Shown here: positions 1 through 14,969 of the stretch, piece after piece
Layout: every line of letters starts with the position of its first letter
Position numbering within the stretch: position 1 is the stretch's first letter
IMG/VR virus record: IMGVR_UViG_3300013947_000026
Coordinates: 38,883 to 102,882 of that record
Reading direction: 5' to 3' (one strand)
From: a virus
Lineage: Duplodnaviria > Caudoviricetes
DNA: 64,000 nt
Notes under the pieces: model-generated
What the model was told of the DNA's origin: nothing
What the model saw: the letters and a program-made list of their open reading frames with translations, nothing else
Database searches by the model: none
Program-made: the position numbers and the translations under genes

Positions 1-3000
1 AATTCTCATAGGATTGGTCTAAGAGATTAGCTAATGGCGTTACAGGTGTAGTATCAACAGTGAGAGATCAACAAGGAAGGATATTGTTTAATAGAGATAA
101 AAGAGGTGTTGTTTACAATGCTCCTGGAAACGATATTTTTAAACGCACTTCTAACTGGATTAAAGACATTTGGACGCAAGCTAATGCTGGTAACGATATA
201 AAAATAGGTAATAATACTTATGATATTACAAGCCCTGCTTAGTTATCAGAAGTTATAGACAAGCTTACTATTACGCTTAATAAAATAGGTATACAAATTG
301 ATAGCGATACTATTAATTACATGCTAATTAATAAGTATGGGGAGTTTAGTGCTGATTCATTCAGATAGATGCTAAACGAAACAACGCTTGTAAGTTTAAG
401 TAAGTTTTTAACACTCCTTGATTCTGTAATAGGAAATGCCGGATAGATAAATGTAGATCTTGGTACTCTATATAACAAAGATTCCTTTGTGAACGAACTT
501 GCCAAATATCAATCAATGAATAATAAGGTTAAGAATGAAATGATGAATCTCTTAACCAATAATAATAAAGCTTACACTTAGGGCGAGAACAATACAGTGT
601 CAGATATATTAGCTGATATATAGGACGAAAATCCAGATAATACAGCTAAATAGAGAATACAAAACTTCTGTTATAATAAACATTCTATTGTACTTAGAAG
701 AATTGCTTAGAACGAAGGTAATAAGATGGCTAAGATTCTTATGAATAACTATGCCGGCTTTAAGACTGATTAGAATGACGATTATGGATCAGATTACAAT
801 CAAGTGTCAGAGGTAGAAGATTATATGTCTAAGGTTACAATGCTTATAAGTGGAGGACTCATTTATCCTACAATGTCTGATAAGAAGACATATATGTATT
901 TATAGGCTTCCGATCAAGCTATTAATGGATTTTTAATCCCTGGTATAGACTATAGACTTGTAAGTAAATTAATATCAAGCTCTGATAACGATCAAAAGGC
1001 AGCAATTAGAAAAGAACTTCTTGGAGCGCTTCCTAGAATTGTAACAGATACTACTGGCAAGACTATAGTCCGCCCATCAGATCAAGTACTTGATATCTTT
1101 ATTGATTATGCAAAAGACGAAAAGGCGGCTATACTTGAATGTATGCATTAGCTTGGTTATTTTGAAGGTGATACGGAAATAGATGATACTGTAAAAATAA
1201 AGAATTACCATACATCTAATAAGTACGAAAACAGTAAAGGGGAAACAGTTAAAGTAGAACCTAATGGTACTAGATTCTCTTCCCTTACATCTATACTTGA
1301 CGATAATGGAAAGAGAATTAAATTCAATGATCCTAAAAAGAGTAGTAAAGAATGTTTAAAGATTGCTGATGAAGAATTCTTTAACAAGAGTAGAGAGCAA
1401 CAGAGAAACATTATGGCTAGAGTTCTTGATATCTAGTTTAAAGAAGAGCTTAAAAAAGCAATAAAACTTGGACTTGTTAAAGGTGATATAAATAACTATT
1501 ATTCTTTATAGAACGTAGGACTTAGTTGGAACGAGTTTAATTCTATTAGACAATCTTTTGCTGGAACAGAAGGCATTACAACTCTTGAATAGATGAACGC
1601 AGCGGCAGTAGTAGCAATGATGTCTGACATATCTACTAGATCAATTATTTCTGTACAAGAGGTAGAAAGGTTGTTTGGTGGTCACCCTGCATTCTATAAA
1701 TGGAAATATAGTGAAAACGAACTTGAAGATAGACAGACTGACCAATTAAAACGTCTTGGCGGTCTTATTTCTACAGGAGCTAACCCTAGAATAGATTTCT
1801 AGGATGATTCTGAATCCTAGTATACTTGTGCTTAGGTGGATGATTTTATCGTGTCTTCTGAAGCCGATAAAATGCATGATGGCACTATTGATGATATATA
1901 TCAAAATAGCGTAGAAAAAATGTTTGTACAGGCTAATACAAAAGAGGCTGTGTACAACAAGCTTGTTCGTAGTGGTAAAAGTAAAGACGAAGCTGCAAAA
2001 ATAGCTTACGCTGACCATAAAACTCAAAAAGAATTTGAAGAGTTTAGAGATAAATACTTAGATGAAAACGATAAAGCTAGAGTCGATAAAAAGTACAAAT
2101 CAGAATACAAGGCATATGCAGAAAAGGGTATAAACGTAGCCGATGGTTCTGCATTTATTACTGATAAGATGTGCGAAAAGCTTTTAAGATCACTTGGACT
2201 ATACAATAACAAAGCTAAACAATTATTTGCAATGCTTAGAGATCCTAAGAGCCAATATACATTTAGATAGAAAGCTGATGCGTTTAAAGAACTTTAGGAA
2301 TTTATTGTTGGTGCTCAGAAGTATAGTGCGTTTGGTCATAGGAATGATGACTAGCTTGGAAGTCTACTTATACCTTACTATAACAAGATGGCTTTATTCC
2401 CGATATTCCCATCTATCGCAATGGGAGATATGGGTAAGGTGTATAATAAGATGATAAGCGAAGGCGTAGATATGCTTTTGTTTGATTCTGCTGTAAAGAT
2501 TGGCAATAAACATAACTCCGAATTTAAACAAGGTAAAGGTATAGAAGAGCCATTTACAACATTTAAACAAGATCTTAGGTACCTTAGAAAGTAGCTCAAT
2601 ACAGATCCTAATGGTAAAGTTGAAATGAATCTTGGTACATAGACTGCCAAGGTAGCTCTTGCTAGTTTGATTTTAGATAGAACTAATTATACAGATTCTC
2701 TTACTGGGGAAACGATTTCTGGTACACAGATTCTAGATAATATTATGAGCTCTATAAACACTCTTTCCGATATGGGTGTTAAAGAGGTAGATGATCTTTT
2801 CTTTACCGATAACGAGTTTGATATATAGAAATTTGCTAAGTTCTTAAATAATGAGCTTACATCAAGAAATGCCAACAAGAACACTATAGATGCTATTACT
2901 ATTAAAGTTGAAGCAGATGGTAGTAAACATTTAAATGTTCCGCTTGCCGCGCAATCAGATCCACATTGGATAGAAAGTATTCTTACATCAGCATTAAATA

Positions 3001-6000
3001 AGAGAATTGTAGATGTAAAGACTCCTGGAAATGCGTTTTATCAGAGATCCGTATTCGCAATGGAGGGTCACGTTATATCTGATAATGAATATAACAAGCT
3101 ACCAGCAGCAGCCAGAAAACTTATTAACTGGCAAACTCTTAATGAAGGTAAACAGCTCTAGTTTATAAACAACGATGGTAGTATGGATGCTGTTATATCT
3201 ATAGATTATTTTGAACACATAATACCAGAAGGAATGTCGTTTGATGAGGCTAGAAAGTGGCTATTTGACAATAAGATTATTGGCAATAGAAGCGATGTAA
3301 AAGCTAATACTATTGGTTATCGTATTCCTACACAAGCCCAATCTTCTATACATGCTTTAAGATTTGTAGATGTACTTCCTGTTGTAAAGGATACTATTAT
3401 TCTTCCTAGAGAGTTTACTAAAGTAACTGGTTCGGATAAACAATATCAATGTTCAAACCAGTATAATATAAAAAATTCCTTTAATTGCTGGGAACTCCAC
3501 ATAAAGTGGACAATCAGCAGCCAAGTCTCTATTTAATACGTTTATAGAGAAAGGTTCAACGACTAAAATTAAATCATAAATAAACATACGTATATCGTTA
3601 TGAAAACAAAAATTACAAAAGAAAGTAGAAATCTACTAATAGCATTGTTACTTGGAGATGGAACAATATGCAGTAACAATGTATTTAAACTTGCTCACGC
3701 AGAACAACAAAAAGATTACTTAGAATGGAAAATTAAATAGCTGAATTATGCAGGTATAAGAAACAACGGATTGAAATCATATGTAAAAAAACGTGGATAT
3801 AATACTGGTGTGAATGTATATTATACTTAGCTTAATATAATTCCTTTTATTAAAGTTCTTAGAAGAGTTTTCTACAATCCAACTAAGGTTTTGGGAAACA
3901 GAAAGCTATTAAACCGATTAGATGCAAAAGGAATAGCTATTTGGTACATGGACGATGGCCATATAAATATTCGTAAAAACAAAGATGGTAGGCCAATGGG
4001 ATTCTATATAAAAATAGCCACATGCTTGCCAAAAGCTGAACTTTAGACAATAATAGATTATTTTAAGGAAATTTGGAATATAAATTTTTATATGTTTCAC
4101 GAAGGTAAAAAAGAAGATAGCTTTTCTTTATGCTGCGGTACAAAAGAGGGTTTGAAATTTATAAATATAGTTAAAAAATATGTACTACAAGTTCCATCTA
4201 TGGTACATAAAATACAATATGATTTAAGCTAGAGGAGACGTCCTCTAGATGTACCCGAATAGGGGAAATTGGGAACACCGAAAGGTGAAGATATAGTCTG
4301 ATCTACATAGTAATATGTAGTTAACATAAATGTTTGATATTGATAAGTTGTATTTGGCATCTTTAGCTTATGATGTTGAAGATGGTAAAGCTAGTAGAGA
4401 GTTTACTCAAGATAAGAAACAATATTATTAGAATAAGCTTCTTGAGAACTATATGACACTTCTCAAAGATAATGATAATTCTATACAGATAGCCATGAGA
4501 TCTATTGATAATGATACAGAGCTTGTAAAGAGTATCGCTAATCAATTTGAGAGTGCTGGATCTACAAAGACGCTACCATACAACTTTTATACGCTTCACG
4601 AACAAACAGATAGACGTAGAGATTATATCACTGGTAAGCTTGGTATTGCGCCATTCGCTCTTAATGTAACTAATTAGGCTCTTACAATGGCTTATGGAGT
4701 TAAATTAAAAGAGTCCGAATTTACTAAGCAAACTCCATTCAAGCGTATAGACTTACGTGATGATAAGAATGGCAACGCTGTTATGTCTTGGTTGTCTGCA
4801 TTTATTAATGCGCACTGTGATATTGTAAAAGACCCATATGTATCAAAGATAAATGTAAATAGCTTTACATACAATATGCTTAACTTCTTGGTAAGAACAG
4901 GTTAGGCAGATAACTCTGTATGGTTTATCACGTAGCCTATTATAAAGGATATGGCGTTTGCCGCAGAGTCTGCTAGTGGTCATTACGGAAGAGACTTAAC
5001 TAAGAGTAAGTATAGAGCTCAAAAAGACGCAACAGAAAAAGCATTAAGACAGTATATAGCTGGGTATCTTGGTATTAATATTACAAATGATTCAGAATTG
5101 TATAATAATCCTGATATACGCAGAGAACTTAATTATATTAACGCCGATATCAATGCTTCTAATACTAACGAGGTTAATCACGACCAGAGAAGAATTGATA
5201 TAATTAATAGTATGTTTAAGAGTGATATGTATCTTAAGAATTACGCTCTTAAATACACAAGTAAAGAAGATATGCTTAAAGATCCAGATTTCTGTAAAGC
5301 TTAGATTTAGGTTTATAAGGCGTGGAATATATTACAACCATTTGTAAATGACATTTCAAAGCTTGTACAACTTACTAAGATTGATACAAAGAAACAAGGC
5401 AATACACTTGCTAAGCAGCTTCTTTACAAAGCTAAATACAATTAGTTCTTAAAGGATATTCAAGAAGGAAATACGTCGTTTGATCCAGAAGGAGTTACGA
5501 GAATGATGACTCATTCTTGGATTGATAAGAAGACTAATAGTTTTATGAAAGCTATGAAGAGTATCCTTGCTGGTCAAGTATTTGAAGCTACAACATCTTA
5601 TACATCTTTAGTTGGGTAGCTCGGACAGTTTATGAACAATTATTCTTAGACTGAAGATATTGCAAATAAGCTTGATAGAAACATATCTCAATGTATTAAA
5701 TCTTTATTTATCAGAGCTTATGCTAGGGATAACAATATTGATGTAAATAGGCTGTTCTTTGGAAATAATACAATAGCTGATAGACTTGCAAATATAAAGC
5801 GCAGAATAAATAACCCTGACGATAAGTTGTTCTATCTTAGAAATAACAGGTTGCTTACATCTCTTGTTGAGTCAGACCAAGTTAAAGATGAAACAACTAT
5901 TGGAAATAATGGTTAGATTTATCCAGCACCTAAGTTTGTTAGCACATTCCATAGTATCTCTGAATCTTCATTTAATCAAGATGATCTTACTGATGCATGG

Positions 6001-9000
6001 GATGAATTATTAGACTATCCTAACGATCAAGAGCTTAAAGATTTTGCTAGAGATCTCGTTGTTTATGCTTGGCTTACATCTGGCGAAAAGTCTGGATTTA
6101 ACAGATTCTTTAAGTATGTTCCTAACACATGGAAATTAAATAGCGGATTTATTGGACACGTAGAGTTTTGGTTAAATAAGTTTAACACTAATCTCGAAAG
6201 CGACGTAAGAAATGCTATCATAGATGATATACTTAGAAATAACTGGAACGATACAGACTTTGTTCCTCAGTATGATTATATTCGTAAAAACCAAAGAAAT
6301 TTTACAGATTCCGGTATATATGATCCTCAATTAATGAAACCATTTGCATTGTGTGGTTATACATAGAATGGTAAAGGTGAATGGGTTACAACTATTAATA
6401 GACTTGATAATGGTGAATATCCTAGATATATTACTGTAAAAGACGAATTGGCTACAAAGGACAATAATAACTCAAATAGAGCTCTTTATAGATTGGTTGG
6501 CGTTAGTAAGTTTGATGGGGTTAAAGACAAAGATACTAATAGTACAAGATTGACTGAAGTCCCAATATATGCATTATGCAAGAAGAGAGGTTTACATTTT
6601 AAAGGTAATGATATCTTTGAGTTTGGTAATAGCGATTTTAATTTTGGTATGAACTATATTGGTTATCAAGAAAATGATGTTCAATATGCTAAACTTATCG
6701 AAGAAGTCAAATAGAAGTTCTATATTGACGCAAAGAAACTTGAATCAAAAGAAACAAAGACCGAATCTTCTGTAAGAAACACTGGTGTAACAACAATTAG
6801 TTCTACTGGTAAGTCTGATGGCATTACTTATAATAAAGAACAATAGAGTGCTATTATAAATGCAGTATCTTTCTTAAAAACTAATACAGATCCAACATAG
6901 TATTATGTAATAGAAGGCAAGGCTGGTACAGGTAAAACTACTATAGCTAAAGAAATTCTTAAAGAATTCGATGATGAGTAGATATATGTTGCAGCTGTAT
7001 CACACAAAGCTAAGGGTGTTATAAAGAATAGTTTTGGAGAAGATGTTAAAGGTAAGAAGTTTTTTAGCATCGCTAGCTTACTTGGTATGAAGGGTATCAA
7101 TGATAATAATACGTAGACAACTAAATTCTAGGTTGGCGAAAAGATACCTTTGTTAGACAATCCCCCAGCATTGCTTGTTATAGACGAAGCCTCAATGATA
7201 ACAGAAGATGTCCTTAAGAAGATTATTGACATAAACTCTGCTCTTTCTAGACCGTTTTAGATGCTATTTTTAGGCGATATAGGCCAAATACAACCAATTA
7301 GAGACGATTAGAGTGAATTTTATAGAACTCACAAAGATCTTCTAAACAAGAAGTCCGACATATTTAATAGTAAGCATAAATCAAAGCTTATTACTAGAGT
7401 AAGACAGGGCGAAGCTAACCCTATATTACCGTACGCTGATTATTTCTGGGAAAATTCTCAAAAAGAAAATCCGGAACTTAACCCTACTTAGCATATCGTT
7501 AGAAATAACTAGATAACAGATAAAGGCTCTTTGCTGTTCTCTAATAGCGAAGGCGAGGTTTTAAATTCTGTAATTAAAGCTGTAAAGAACGCTGTTGAAA
7601 AAGGGCTTACAAACCACGTAAAGATTGTAACGTATCACGTAAACGAAAAGACAGAATTAAACAAGAAAATCCACGAAGCTTTATTTGGTAAAGGTTCTGA
7701 CTATTCTAAAGGTGATATGCTTATTCTTAATGCTCCTTACGATTTACCAGAAGTTAAGGCTACTATGGAGAATTCGTCCGAGATACAGATAAAAGGTATT
7801 TAGGATACAGATGTTGACGAGTTTGGTGTACATACATTATATCTCGAAACAAACGGTGTAGCTTATACAAGAACTGGTAATGAGTAGAAAGATTGTGTTA
7901 TACAAGTTGTTTCTAGGAACGATATTGACATGTATAATAAAAAACTACAAGAACTTGCTTCTAAGGCTAAAATGTAGACCAACAGAATATTGAAGAGGCA
8001 AGCTTGGTAGGAATTCTGGGAGTACAAAGGTCGTTATGCTGATATTGATTTTGGATACGCTATTACAGCTCATAAATCTTAGGGTTCTACATACGACATC
8101 GTTGTGGTAGACGAAAAGGATATTATGGGTACATCAGCTACATCAAATCAAGAAAAGTCAGAACTTATATATACAGCGTTAACTAGACCTAGAAAGACAG
8201 CCATTGTTATATCTAGTGTGCCTGTATCTAATCCTTATACAGGAGATATAGAGAATCCTTCTCTTCCTAAACAGACTGAGAAAAAGATTGAATATCATCC
8301 AGGAAACTGGACTAAACAAGAGGTTGACGGTAATCCTGACATATTGTATATAACAAATGCAGATTATGAGAATGTTAATTCTAGTAATATGTTATCCGTA
8401 TCTACTAGAAATCAATCCAAAACCTCTAATGGTATTATTGATAACGGCAACTGGAACGATTTAAACATAGAAGAGTTCAAGAATGTTATAGATGCTGAAT
8501 TCTAGGCTATTAAAGACGAATGGGATACAGGAAAGTACAGAAAGATATATTTGCCTTCTACTGGTCTATCTAATGGCAAGATTTCGCAGATTACAGAACA
8601 ACGTACACCTAAATTGTTTAAATATTTGTATGATAAGACTGTTGATTTGGCTAAGTATGTAAGCACGTAGCATAATAATACTCACAATGTTGCGTCTGAA
8701 TAGGCTTAGAAAACAGTATCTTTGTACAACAAATAGTAGAATAATCCACAGGATTATACAATGAACTCTGGCGGAGCTTATGGTGGCGATACATATTGGG
8801 ATGTTATAGGTAGACAATTTGGGCTAACAAAAATAAATCATTTTAAGCCTATTGATAATCAAAGTATGCCTAAGACGCTTAGAGATAGAAATGTTAAGCC
8901 TATTCCAATTACTCACGAACAATCTAACTATGCAAGAGAATAGATAAAATAGTTAACTGGGAGAGAATTACCTATGACTCTTGCTGGAGAGCTACTTGCT

Positions 9001-9456
9001 AGAGATTTTTATTAGGTAGATAAATCTGATGGTGTTTTCGCTGTAGCAAATATAACTAGTTCTTTAAATGCGGTAGAAGGTGGAACCAATATGGCCGTAC
9101 AAGTTGGTATAAAACAAGGAAAGCCTGTACATGTGTATGATCTTAATACTGAAAGCTGGTATAAATATAATCAATCTACCGGCAAATTTGAAGTTGAGGA
9201 CACTCCTATGCTAACAAAATCATTTGCTGGAGTTGGAACTAGAAATATTCAAAATTATAAAGTTAATAAGAATGGCTAGTGGGTTGATAGAGAAGGTTAT
9301 GTAGGATATGATAAAGCTCTAAAAGCTGCAAATGCAATAAAAGCTGTATATTAGAAGACGTTCTCTAAAGACGATTATAAAGTAAAGAATGAGCAAGAAA
9401 TAAAAGACGACCTTAAAGAACTCGGAAAGAGAAGATAGGACGACTGTAATAAATAA
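1..9456 (+). CDS. Giant virion RNA polymerase polyprotein (5'-truncated; exon 1 <1..3437, exon 2 4333..9456; TAG=Gln), with fused C-terminal RecD/Dda-like helicase and SLOG-like domains
   Basis: The ORF-track fragments share one frame per exon, and the stretches I translated are broken only by TAG; the frame closes at TAA 9454-9456. Motifs: INVADGSAFIT, IGYRIPTQAQSS, and catalytic GSD|FDIDK after intron removal, typical of crAss-like RNAPs. Confidence 0.9.
3438..4332 (+). mobile_element. Group I self-splicing intron in the RNAP catalytic motif
   Basis: Exon 1 ends in U (ggttcggat) and pairs with gttcaaacc (P1, U.G at the splice site). caatatcaa pairs with 3' exon ttgatattg (P10). Core elements: P aattgctgggaactc, Q aatcagcagcca, R gttcaacgacta, S aagatatagtctga; terminal G4332. 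Splicing restores DFDID. Confidence 0.93.
3600..4301 (+). CDS. Intron-encoded LAGLIDADG homing endonuclease (TAG read-through, about 233 aa)
   Basis: MKTKITKESRNLLIALLLGDG...IAIWYMDDG; 5 in-frame TAG, ends TGA 4299-4301. Missed by the ORF track. Confidence 0.88.
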
Positions 9457-9461
9457 TTATT

Positions 9462-12400
9462 ATGACGTGTTTGTTAAGAAATAAAGAAAACGAAGCGTTG
9501 TTAAATGAATATGAAGGTATTTTAGGTAGCCGATAGGCTGCCTATTATGCTTTATCATAGAACAACGGATATCCTTTAGATAAGGATTTAAATGGTAAAG
9601 ACTCCGCACTGTATAAGGATTTATTACAGCGTAATGGAGGTAGTAAAGAAAAAGCTATATTGGAGAAGGCTACTATATTTACATCTAAGTTTATAGAAGA
9701 TCACTATGACTGGACGCAAGATAGAGTAGAACCTACAATAGATGACTTAGATAACTATAATGGAGTATTGTAGTTTGACGCTAAACCATTTAGCTCTATG
9801 GCTCAAAATTATGGCTCTAGAAAGGATAATTTCATCCTTGCTTAGTAGTATGAAGGTAAGACTGTTAGAGAGGCTAGAGAGGCCTGGAATTAGGCAGAAT
9901 ACGAACGTTTGCACACTACTTTGGCAGATAGATTGGAGAAATCATTTGGTCTTACAAAATCTGTTGACAAAGAAGGTAATATTCTCTTGTCGTCTAAAGA
10001 TTTGTAGATATAGTTTGTAGATTACATACGTGGCACATCGTTAAAAGATATTACAAAAGCTTCTGGTTAGTATATATCTAATAAGCTTAGTGCTATAGGT
10101 AACGTTATTAAGGTAGCATTTGGTAGAAGCTCTGCAAAACTTAACACTGAGTCTCACGAGATTTGTCATCATTATCTTGATATGTTTCAAAAATCTTAGA
10201 TGGTGCAAAAAGCTCTATCTGACATTATGGAACAGTATAAGATAAAAAATGTAACATAGGCTGAAGAAAAGCTTGTAGATATACTTGTTAGTAGGGCTAA
10301 CGATATAGCAGAACGTACAAAAGCGTCTGATATATGGGAATAGTTTAACTCGTAGGTCAGAGAAGCTTTTAAAGATCTCGTGATAGATGATTCTAATAAA
10401 GAAATGCTGCATGAGTATTTAGCACAATCATTTTTACTTAATCTAGATATAAATCAAGTTAAAGTATCATCAGAATTTAACAAAGTAAGGCTTGAAAATA
10501 AAGCTAAATTCTAGCTAATGGCTGACAACACTCTTAGTAAGGATGAGGCTATATAGAGATTACAAGACTTATTTGATACATATGATCACATTGTATCAAA
10601 AACTCCTTCTTAGATAAAGATTTAGGATAAACTATTCTAGACAATGTAGAAGATGCAAAGATAGTCTGACGATGATGCTATATGTACATTTGTAAATTAT
10701 GTTGTAGACCGTATTGGTTTTATGGACTAGAATGGTAATATAACTGATGGATCTATATACAAATTCTTAGAGAATGCTAGAAAGAACAATTTTAAAGGCA
10801 TTACAGCACAACAGCTTATAGATATAGATAGAAATTCTATAGGATTCTTTAAGGAGATTTTAAACCAGATAAACTCTGCTAAAGTGTTTGGTAATTTTCC
10901 TTCTATATTAAAGACTCATATAGATTAGATAAATGCATCTATGTAGGATATTTCAGTATTATATAGAAACGCCTTGCACACATTGACTACAGATATAGTT
11001 GATCAATACATAGATGATAATATGAAGCTTGGTAACATAGATAATGCAAAGATTGTTGCAGAAGATTGGCTTTTAAGACAGGCTATGTATGGTGATATAA
11101 ACTGGCTTGAAATGTGGGCTGGCATGTACGGTAGATCTAGTTCTCCAATACTTAGAATACTCTATAACAAAGTTAATGATATCGACTATGATAGACAGGT
11201 ATACGTAAATAAAATTGGTCATCAAATAGACGCTCTTAGGAGAAAAGCGTGGAAAACCATGAGTAAATTTGTGCCAGGAAATCCAGAAATGGTTTTAATG
11301 GAGTTTGATAAAGATGGTAAGGCTACTGGTAATTTTAGAACCGAGTACAATCAAGGTTAGTACGAATAGGATAGGCGCAAAGAACAAGAGCGTCTTATGG
11401 AAAAGTATGGATACGAATAGGATGGAGATACAGGCGAGTTGATTGATAAACAAACAGGATGTAGTGTATATGATGAAAAGTGGCAATATACACCGTCTGG
11501 ATGGAAGCGCCCAAAGTATTATGACTATCTTGACGAGATGGACGCATTTGATGATGGTAGAAGAATAAAACAATATACCAGAAAATATTATCAAGAAATG
11601 CGTTCTGTACCAATATATGAACCAAAAACGAAGATTGACCCAATACCAGCAAATCCTCATGGTCATGGGTTGTCTCCTGATACGATTAGAGAAAAGTAGA
11701 GAATAGACGAAGATCTAAGATATTATGCTAAGCAAGCTACAAGAAAAGATGGCACTGTACATTATGAAGATCTTTCACCAGAACAGCAGAAAGCTTATTT
11801 ACTTGCAAAAGATGAGGCCGAGTAGCTATCTAACCCATTTTATCCTAACGGAGAGAAGAAGGAAGATGATAAATATAGAATGGCTATAGAGCTAAGATCA
11901 TTCAATCAATGGGTGTCTGATCAGACAAATTATGACTAGGATAACGCTGCGTTTATTCAAGAGCTCAATGCTATTACAGATCCAGTAAAGAGAGATCAAT
12001 TTATAAGATTAAATTCCACTGTATCTATAAACCCATTATTATATAAGCTAGCAGGAATGAGTGGGTCGCAGTATAATGATCCAATACTAAAATATTTGCA
12101 GAGTGGTCTTCTTACTTTAACAAAAGATAACAGAAGTATTTCTAAAGATTTTTCTAGACTACCACATGATTCTGAAGCATTCTTTGCAAATATGTAGTAG
12201 ATAGAGCAAGACATAGAAGACTCTGGTAAATCTGGAGTTAAATCTAATTTTAAAAAGTATTTTACATACAAACTTGCTATGTAGCCTGGCTTAAATAAAA
12301 GTAAGCTTGATTTTTTCAGAGATAAATATTTAGATAGAGCTAAAAATGGGGAACTTAATCAGTTTTTTGGGCAGGATATCACAACTCTATCTGATACCGA

Positions 12401-14945
12401 TCTTAGATTTCTTATAGATAATAGATTCTTCTTTAAGAATACAAAGAAAGGTCCATAGCCACTTGATTGCTTTTATGAAATAACTCCAAAGGCTAACACT
12501 TTTATATACAATGGTTAGACTTATAATTCTATTATATTAAAACCTACTGGAAGATTTTCTAAAAGAAGTAATGCGTCGCAAAGTAAAATATATGATGATA
12601 GATATAATTTTCAAAGAAAAGATCCAGGATATTAGCTTACAGATAAATATAAAGACAAATATTTTGATTAGGAGATAAACGGAAATTCAGACATTCGTGC
12701 TTTGTATGATATGCTTGTAAATACTATGAAAGAAATGTATAGCAAGATTCCAGCTATTAAGTCAGGATATAATAACTCACTTCCTTAGATAGAAGGCACT
12801 ACAGCTATGCTTCTTTCAAGAGTGTTTAGAGGCCCAAATTCAGCAAAAGACACATTTGGATATCTTGGTAAATCTATGGTTAGCATAATGCCTAGTGATA
12901 CAGATCTTGAGGTAAAGGGATCAAAACCAAGGATAACTCCTAGCGGTGAAGACGAAAGCACGGTTCCTATTAGGTTTGTCAAGCGATTAGATCATCCAGA
13001 ATACATAAGTTCGTCTATATGTAGCAATGTTATACAATTTGTAGACATGGCTAAGAACTATGAGGGTAAAATGGAACTTTTACCAGAGATACTTGCTATA
13101 CAAAAATAGCTTAATCCAGAATATAGAGAAGATAAATATAAAAGTTCTAGATCAGGAAATGCTTATAAGCATTTTAGAAAGATGGATAAATATAGCAGTC
13201 AACGAAGCGAAGAAGCAATAAATACACTTCTTGAAACTTAGTTCTACGGCAAAAATGTTGTATCTGGTCTTACTAAAAATAACGAGAAAGGAGATGCTGC
13301 TAGAGTTTTGATATCAAGAGCAAAGAGGTACGGGTCTATACATATGCTTGGTCTTAATACCGCTTCTATGGCTGTTGGTGCAATGGATGCAAATATGTAG
13401 ATATTTAAAGATTCTCTTGTAGGCAAATATCTTACAATGAAAGACTTTAGGTGGGCTATTGGTAAACTCCTTAATCCTAGAACTATATTAAACAATTTTA
13501 GAGGATTAGGTAAAGCGTAGGCTACAACTAAAGAGGGAGCTTTGATGTAGATGAACTAGATAAGTAAGAACAACTCTGAAATATTTGAAGGTTTACACAA
13601 AGGGTGGTTCAGAAGATTTTGTCTTAAATATTTAATGATGGGAGGTTATACGTTAGGTGACTATATGAATAATTCTATTGTTATGTTATCTTTCTATCAT
13701 CATACAAGGCTTTTTGAAGATACATCATATGCTGGTGTTAAACCTGGATTTTATACTCGTAATTAGCTTATAAAAGCGTTTACTGATGCCGGATATACAA
13801 AGAAGTAGGCCAAATCAGTATATTCTGGTTTGCACATAACTTTGTATGATGCATACGATTGGCATCCAGGAGATTATCTTCCAACTGTTAATTAGGCATT
13901 CTAGAAATATTTGAATAGCAAGATAGCAAAGAATGTAAGAAATAAAATTATTTAGAGATCTGCTTACTATAACGGAGTTATGCCTGCTACAGAAGTGTCT
14001 AAAGCTAGATAGAATTTGTATACAGCTATGATGTTTATGATGCGTAATTTCATTGTTGGCAACGTATACGAAAGAATGTAGAATGCAAATGATTACATTG
14101 TAAAGGAGCTGGATGAAAACGGAGTCCCTGTAAAAAATCCAAAAACAACAGAAGAGGCTCAAAGTTATGGTTATTACAACTATGAAACTGGAGAAATAGA
14201 ACGAGGTCATTATACATCTATAGCAAATTTGTCTAGAAGATATATAACTAATTGGATATATGGCATACGTTCATTTTTATCTCATGATCCAGCAAAAAAG
14301 CAAGAATATTCTGATAAAAGAGAAAAGTTAAAAGGTATAACATAGCTTGAAATAGAAGGAGTCAAAGCTGTTTCTGCAGATGTAGCTATTTGTGCGGCAG
14401 TAACGTTAGCTTCTGTATTCTTAAAAATGAAAGCTGATGACGATAAATCTTGGTGGATACAATATTTATATTTAATATCACTTCGTCTTGCAGAAGCTAG
14501 AGGAACAAATCTTGATCCTACTACAGTTATGGATTTCATCGGATCTATTACAACATTACAGTCTGTATGGAATGATTTTGGTACAGGTTTTACATACATA
14601 CTTGATGCTATGGGGTTAACTGGACATAATCCAACAGATACAGTAAAGTCTGGCGCGTATAAAGGGTCTAGCAGATGGTTCCGTGATGTTATGAAAATGG
14701 TTCCATTTAGTAATCTATATGAAGATATGAATTACAATACACTGCGAGCTAAACAAAACTACTATAGAAATAAATATTGGTATCTGCATCTATTTGGAAA
14801 TGATTCTACAGGTAATTCGTCTGGAGAACCAGTTATGCCAGATGATTATAATAATACAGATAATTCATTAGGAAGTGGATAGTTTGATCCGAACCAAGAT
14901 TTTGGTGGAGGCTCATTTGATGCTGGAGGAAGTTTTAATCCATAA
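9462..14945 (+). CDS. Large (about 1827 aa) virion/ejection-type protein downstream of RNAP (TAG=Gln)
   Basis: ATG 9462; track fragments 10974, 11439, 12807 and 14427 all lie in this frame; ends TAA 14943-14945. Function inferred from position next to the RNAP gene. Confidence 0.75.
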
Positions 14946-14969
14946 TGACTCTATCTGAAATTCATTGAA

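Noticed and set aside
317-14599. Short - strand ORFs opposite the RNAP and virion genes (likewise opposite 49-64 kb, and + strand ORFs opposite 15-44 kb)
   Set aside because: Antisense shadows of real genes, with no recognisable motifs.
60-14882. Many short + strand ORFs that look like a decayed, pseudogenised region
   Set aside because: The breaks examined are TAG in a single frame; read-through restores long proteins with intact motifs.
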